Shown piece after piece: positions 60,630-64,000 of a stretch of DNA of 64,000 nucleotides. Under the pieces are notes generated by a model. That model was given only the letters and a program-made list of their open reading frames with translations, searched no databases and was not told where the DNA came from. Source of the DNA: an uncultured delta proteobacterium (GTDB lineage: Bacteria; Desulfobacterota; Binatia; UBA9968); the NCBI GenBank assembly GCA_963804165.1, contig CAWDPO010000023.1:64001-128000 (forward strand), read 5' to 3'. Each line of letters begins with the position of its first letter. Within the stretch, counting starts at the first letter, position 1. The translations under genes were made by a program, and so were the position numbers.

Positions 60630-61595
60630 TCACTGATTATCCTCATCTCGACCCGCAGTGGCTCGATAAAAGCTCCGGCCGTAGGCGCGATGGAATGCGG
60701 TCCATTTTGACCCGGGCTCTTTTTCCGGCAGATTTTGAATCGCTTGAATTTTGCCGTCGAGGTCGTCCAGCGAATGTAGAATTACGGCTTCCACCGTCTG
60801 CGGCAACTTTGGCGAACCGAACTCGTAGGCGCCATGATGGCTGACCAGCATGTGCTTAACCAGCATTGCCAATTCTTCCGGGAAGTCCGGAATCGTTGCG
60901 ATCTTTTGGTTCACCAACTCGACTTCCATGACCAGGTGACCCAGAAGCTGACCGGCATCGGTGTATTCCACCGCTCGGTCAAAGGAAAACTCATAAACCT
61001 TGCCGATGTCGTGGAGAAAACCGCCGATGAGTAGGATGTCGACGTCGATATCGCGATAGTTCTCTACGACTTTGTGAATGAGCTTCAGCAAAGACAGAGT
61101 ATGCTCCAGCAACCCGCTCAAGTAAGGATGGTGAATCGTTTTGGCGCCGGGCGCGTGCTTCAGTAGATGCATCAAGTCCGCGTCGGCAAAGCAGGCTTCT
61201 GCGAGCGCGAGGAGATGCGGATTTTTGATGCCGCGGAGAATCGTTTGAAGCTCTTCCAGCATGGTTTCCGGATCGAAGACGCTCTTCGGCAAAAAATCTT
61301 CCGGCGCGACTTTAGCTTCATCGACGCGCATAACATCCTGTACCCGTATTTGCATTTTTCCTTGATACAGCGTCGCTTGGCCGCGCACGCGGACAAAATC
61401 ATTCTTGTCAAATCCCCGGCCCAGGTCATCGGCACGGTCCCACACCCGAGCTTCGATCTCGCCGCTGCGGTCGATCAGCTTGAGCGTTAAATAACTGCTC
61501 CCGCCTTTAGTGACGCCATGATTCTTCGACGCAACCAGAAACAGAGCGTCCACCAACTGATTGTCGCGAATATCAGCGGCGTACAGAGACTTCAT
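60630..61595 (-). CDS. YhaM/Cbf1-like 3'-5' exoribonuclease (OB fold + HD domain)
   Basis: YLTLKLIDRSGEIEARVW OB fold, HHPYLSGLLEHT, LHDIGK, SHHG..EFGSP. Confidence 0.9.
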   Translation of the reverse strand: MKSLYAADIRDNQLVDALFLVASKNHGVTKGGSSYLTLKLIDRSGEIEARVWDRADDLGRGFDKNDFVRVRGQATLYQGKMQIRVQDVMRVDEAKVAPEDFLPKSVFDPETMLEELQTILRGIKNPHLLALAEACFADADLMHLLKHAPGAKTIHHPYLSGLLEHTLSLLKLIHKVVENYRDIDVDILLIGGFLHDIGKVYEFSFDRAVEYTDAGQLLGHLVMEVELVNQKIATIPDFPEELAMLVKHMLVSHHGAYEFGSPKLPQTVEAVILHSLDDLDGKIQAIQNLPEKEPGSKWTAFHRAYGRSFYRATAGRDEDNQ

Positions 61596-61612
61596 GCGAA
61601 TACCCTCCGGCC

Positions 61613-61912
61613 TTATTTTAACGCCTGCGCCAACTCATAGAGCGAACGAACCAAAAAGCGCTGCAAAAAAACGATAGCGATCCACACCACGACCGGCGAA
61701 AAATCGAAGCCCCCGGCCAAAACTGGCAACCTCTGGCGCACTCGCTCCAGCACGGGCTCCGTCGCCCCGTAGAGGAACCGGACGATCGGATTGTTATTGT
61801 CGACATCGACGAAGGAAATAATGAACCGGCCGATCAAAATCCAAATATAGGCCCACAAGACATAGTCGAGCACTTGTGCTACGGCGACCAGCAGGTTCGC
61901 GAGAATAAACAT
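61613..61912 (-). CDS. yggT: YggT family membrane protein
   Basis: NPIVRFLY.ATEPVL..VR..LP...G.DFSP. Confidence 0.92.
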   Translation of the reverse strand: MFILANLLVAVAQVLDYVLWAYIWILIGRFIISFVDVDNNNPIVRFLYGATEPVLERVRQRLPVLAGGFDFSPVVVWIAIVFLQRFLVRSLYELAQALK

Positions 61913-61916
61913 CAGG

Positions 61917-62609
61917 TCACGCGTTTCTAGGGCCAAAAAGCGCCGTGCCAATGCGCACGATCGTCGCGCCCTCTTCGACGGCGACGGCGTAATCGTGTGT
62001 CATACCCATGGACAATTCTTGCAGATCCACATTCAAATATCGCGACTCGTTTAGCTCTTCGCGCAGCTCCCGGAGCTTGCGAAAATAAGGCCGCACCTTT
62101 TCGGGATCGTCTCGAAAGGGCGGCACCGTCATCAACCCCTCGATGCGCAAGTTTGACAGCTTGGCGATCTCCTCGAGCAGCCTTGCAACGCCGTTTCGGT
62201 CGATGCCGCTCTTGCTTTCTTCCCCGCCGAGATTGACTTCGACAAGAGCGCGAATGTTCTTTCCGCGCCTACGTCCTTCCTTATCGAGCTCGCGCGCCAA
62301 TGCAACATTGTCCAGCGATTCGATCATGTCGAAGATCTCTACGGCCATTTTGGCTTTGTTGCGCTGCAAGCGGCCGATCATGTGCCACTCGACCCGGGCG
62401 GTAATTTGCTTTTTCTTTTCCTTCGCCTCCTGAACATAATTCTCGCCGACCAGGGTCACCCCGGCCGCGACGGCCATGCGCAGGGCGTCAATGCTCTGCG
62501 ATTTCGCCGCCGCGAGCAGTTTGATTTCACTCCCATCGCGCCCTGTTTTCGCCGCAGCTTCGCGTATATGATCGACAATGTTTCGGTAATTCGCTGCGAC
62601 ATCGACCAT
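61917..62609 (-). CDS. yggS: PLP homeostasis protein YggS
   Basis: GENYVQE, WHMIGRLQRNK, GLMTVPP, LSMGMTHDY..AVEEGAT.VRIGTALFG. Confidence 0.95.
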   Translation of the reverse strand: MVDVAANYRNIVDHIREAAAKTGRDGSEIKLLAAAKSQSIDALRMAVAAGVTLVGENYVQEAKEKKKQITARVEWHMIGRLQRNKAKMAVEIFDMIESLDNVALARELDKEGRRRGKNIRALVEVNLGGEESKSGIDRNGVARLLEEIAKLSNLRIEGLMTVPPFRDDPEKVRPYFRKLRELREELNESRYLNVDLQELSMGMTHDYAVAVEEGATIVRIGTALFGPRNA

Positions 62610-62719
62610 GAGGGCAATTGCTTACCATATTAAGAATGATAATTCACTCTCGCTGGCCGCGTGGCTTGATTACCGCGAGGGAGTACAGTAGGTGTTTCCG
62701 CGACGGAGGAAAAATCGGC

Positions 62720-63511
62720 ATGCCGTTTGACTACCTTCCGATTATGGCGCAGAACTCGGCGCCCAAGCCGCCGCGCGAATTGGCATCACCGTCGAAACCA
62801 ATGTGGTGCTCGCTTAAAAAACCGCTTAGCGAATCGCGCGTCGCCCTGCTGAGCAGCGCGGCGCTGCGGCTGGCGAACCAGGAGCCATTCATCCCACGCG
62901 AAGATCTGAGTTACCGACGTGTAGCGTCGGATCCAGGGGCCGGCGTGATTGTCGTCGATCACCATTCAGGGATCGGCAGAGTTCCGAAAGAGGATCCTGA
63001 GATTGTGTTCCCGCGCACGGCGTTGGCAGAGTTGGTTGACCAACGAATCGTCGGAATGCTCTCACCCTTTCACTTGTCCTTCATGGGCGGCGTGCGGCGG
63101 CACCGTGAGATCGAGAATGATCTCGCCCCTGCCCTTGCCCAAGAGCTAATGCAGGCCGAAGTCGATCTCGCCCTCCTCGTCCCCTATTGACCCTTTTGCC
63201 ACGAGACCGTCGGTCTCATCGCTCACGTTATCGAAGGCCAAGGCATTCCCACGTTGGTGATTGGCACGGCACTCGACATCATGAGTAAAGTCACCCCTCC
63301 GCGCGCGGTTTTTGTCGACCACCCCGTGGGTCGCACTTTCGGCCCGCCCCATGACCGGCCACGGAATGAAACCGTTCTTGCCAGAGTGTTGGCGGAATTG
63401 CCGCGCTGCACGCCATCCGGTGAGATTCGCGACCTTCGCTGCGAGTGGATACCTGGAGGCAGCCGCGCTTGGGAGGCGGAATTGCGCGCGGAAATGGTGC
63501 ACGACCGTTGA
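62720..63511 (+). CDS. PrdB/GrdB-family reductase selenoprotein B-like protein, 263 aa, Sec encoded by TGA 63188-63190
   Basis: ORFs 62618..63190 and 63254..63511 are in the same frame with only the TGA between them; reads LALLVPY-U-PFCHETVGLIAHVIEGQGIPT; GGAGGA RBS before ATG 62720; family-like segments KPLSESRVALLSS, D.EIVFP, SFMG, PPRAVFV..P.G..FG.P.D. Confidence 0.85.
63203..63217 (+). promoter_or_regulatory. Putative bacterial SECIS hairpin
   Basis: GAGACC-GTC-GGTCTC; apical loop starts with GU, 18 nt after the UGA. Confidence 0.7.
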
Positions 63512-63575
63512 CACTCGCAAAATTTTCATAGTTAATTGCCTGCGAGAAAAAACCCCGAAGGGACCGAAGACAGAT

Positions 63576-64000
63576 TTGATATCCACGAATTTTGTAAGAC
63601 TATTACTGGGCGTGGCCTGGACCCTGACGTTGGTTCTATCGGCCCAAGCCGCGCAGTTCTATGAAGGTAAGTCGATCAAGCTCATCGTTGGCTTCTCAGC
63701 CGGCGGCGGCTTCGACACCTATTCACGCCTGATCGCGCGCCATTTGGGCAGGCACATTCCAGGCAATCCGTCTATCGTCGTCGAGAACATGACCGGCGCC
63801 GCCAGCCTGGTTGCCGCCAATCATGTATATAAGGTAGCGAAACCCGACGGACTGACGATTCTCAACTTTCATGGCAATCAAGTGATCAATCAGGTGATCG
63901 GCAAACCAGGCATCGAGTTCGACGCCCGTAGGTTTGAATACATCGGCATCCCGACTCAGGATAACGTTGCCTGCGCGTTTACCAAAGCGAGCGGCATCAC
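63576..64000 (+). CDS. Tripartite tricarboxylate transporter substrate-binding protein (TctC/Bug family), partial
   Basis: Manual translation: signal peptide then FYEGKSIKLIVGFSAGGGFDTYSRLIARHLGRHIPGNPSIVVENMTGA...AKPDGLT; runs off window end; TTG start uncertain. Confidence 0.9.
   Translation, partial: MISTNFVRLLLGVAWTLTLVLSAQAAQFYEGKSIKLIVGFSAGGGFDTYSRLIARHLGRHIPGNPSIVVENMTGAASLVAANHVYKVAKPDGLTILNFHGNQVINQVIGKPGIEFDARRFEYIGIPTQDNVACAFTKASGI

Overview
Bacterial core-genome window, Deltaproteobacteria-like (possibly Candidatus Binatia; this is inference only). It is almost entirely on the minus strand. In window order: lptD (partial), folC, trpABFCD, a SPOR protein and argS; a small accessory block (KptA/Tpt1 phosphotransferase, beta-hydroxyacid dehydrogenase, cupin, c-type cytochrome); a ~32 kb translation/transcription super-cluster (alpha-spc-S10-str-rpoBC-rplKAJL-nusG-secE-tuf plus tRNAs) lacking rpmD (L30); rlmB, lptFG, rplM-rpsI, tig-clpP-clpX-lon; then rph-rdgB, an aldehyde dehydrogenase, a YhaM-like nuclease, yggT-yggS and a partial TctC-type binding protein. 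Twelve tRNA genes are present. Best unannotated signals: (1) an orphan PrdB/GrdB-family selenoprotein at 62720-63511, split in the ORF track by an in-frame TGA in a U-x-x-C motif and followed by a SECIS-like hairpin; (2) a ~480-nt ORF-free, hairpin-dense, end-paired segment at ~55610-56090 that looks like a large structured ncRNA I cannot assign to a family; (3) several intergenic inverted repeats built from 7-mer (one 9-mer) tandem units; (4) a perfect DnaA box at the predicted clpP transcription start; (5) a terminator-like hairpin directly before fusA. Frameshifts clustered at 5.2-8.0 kb (trpC, trpD, SPOR, argS) and one in the ALDH are most likely sequencing indels. All calls were made by eye, with no searches or folding run.
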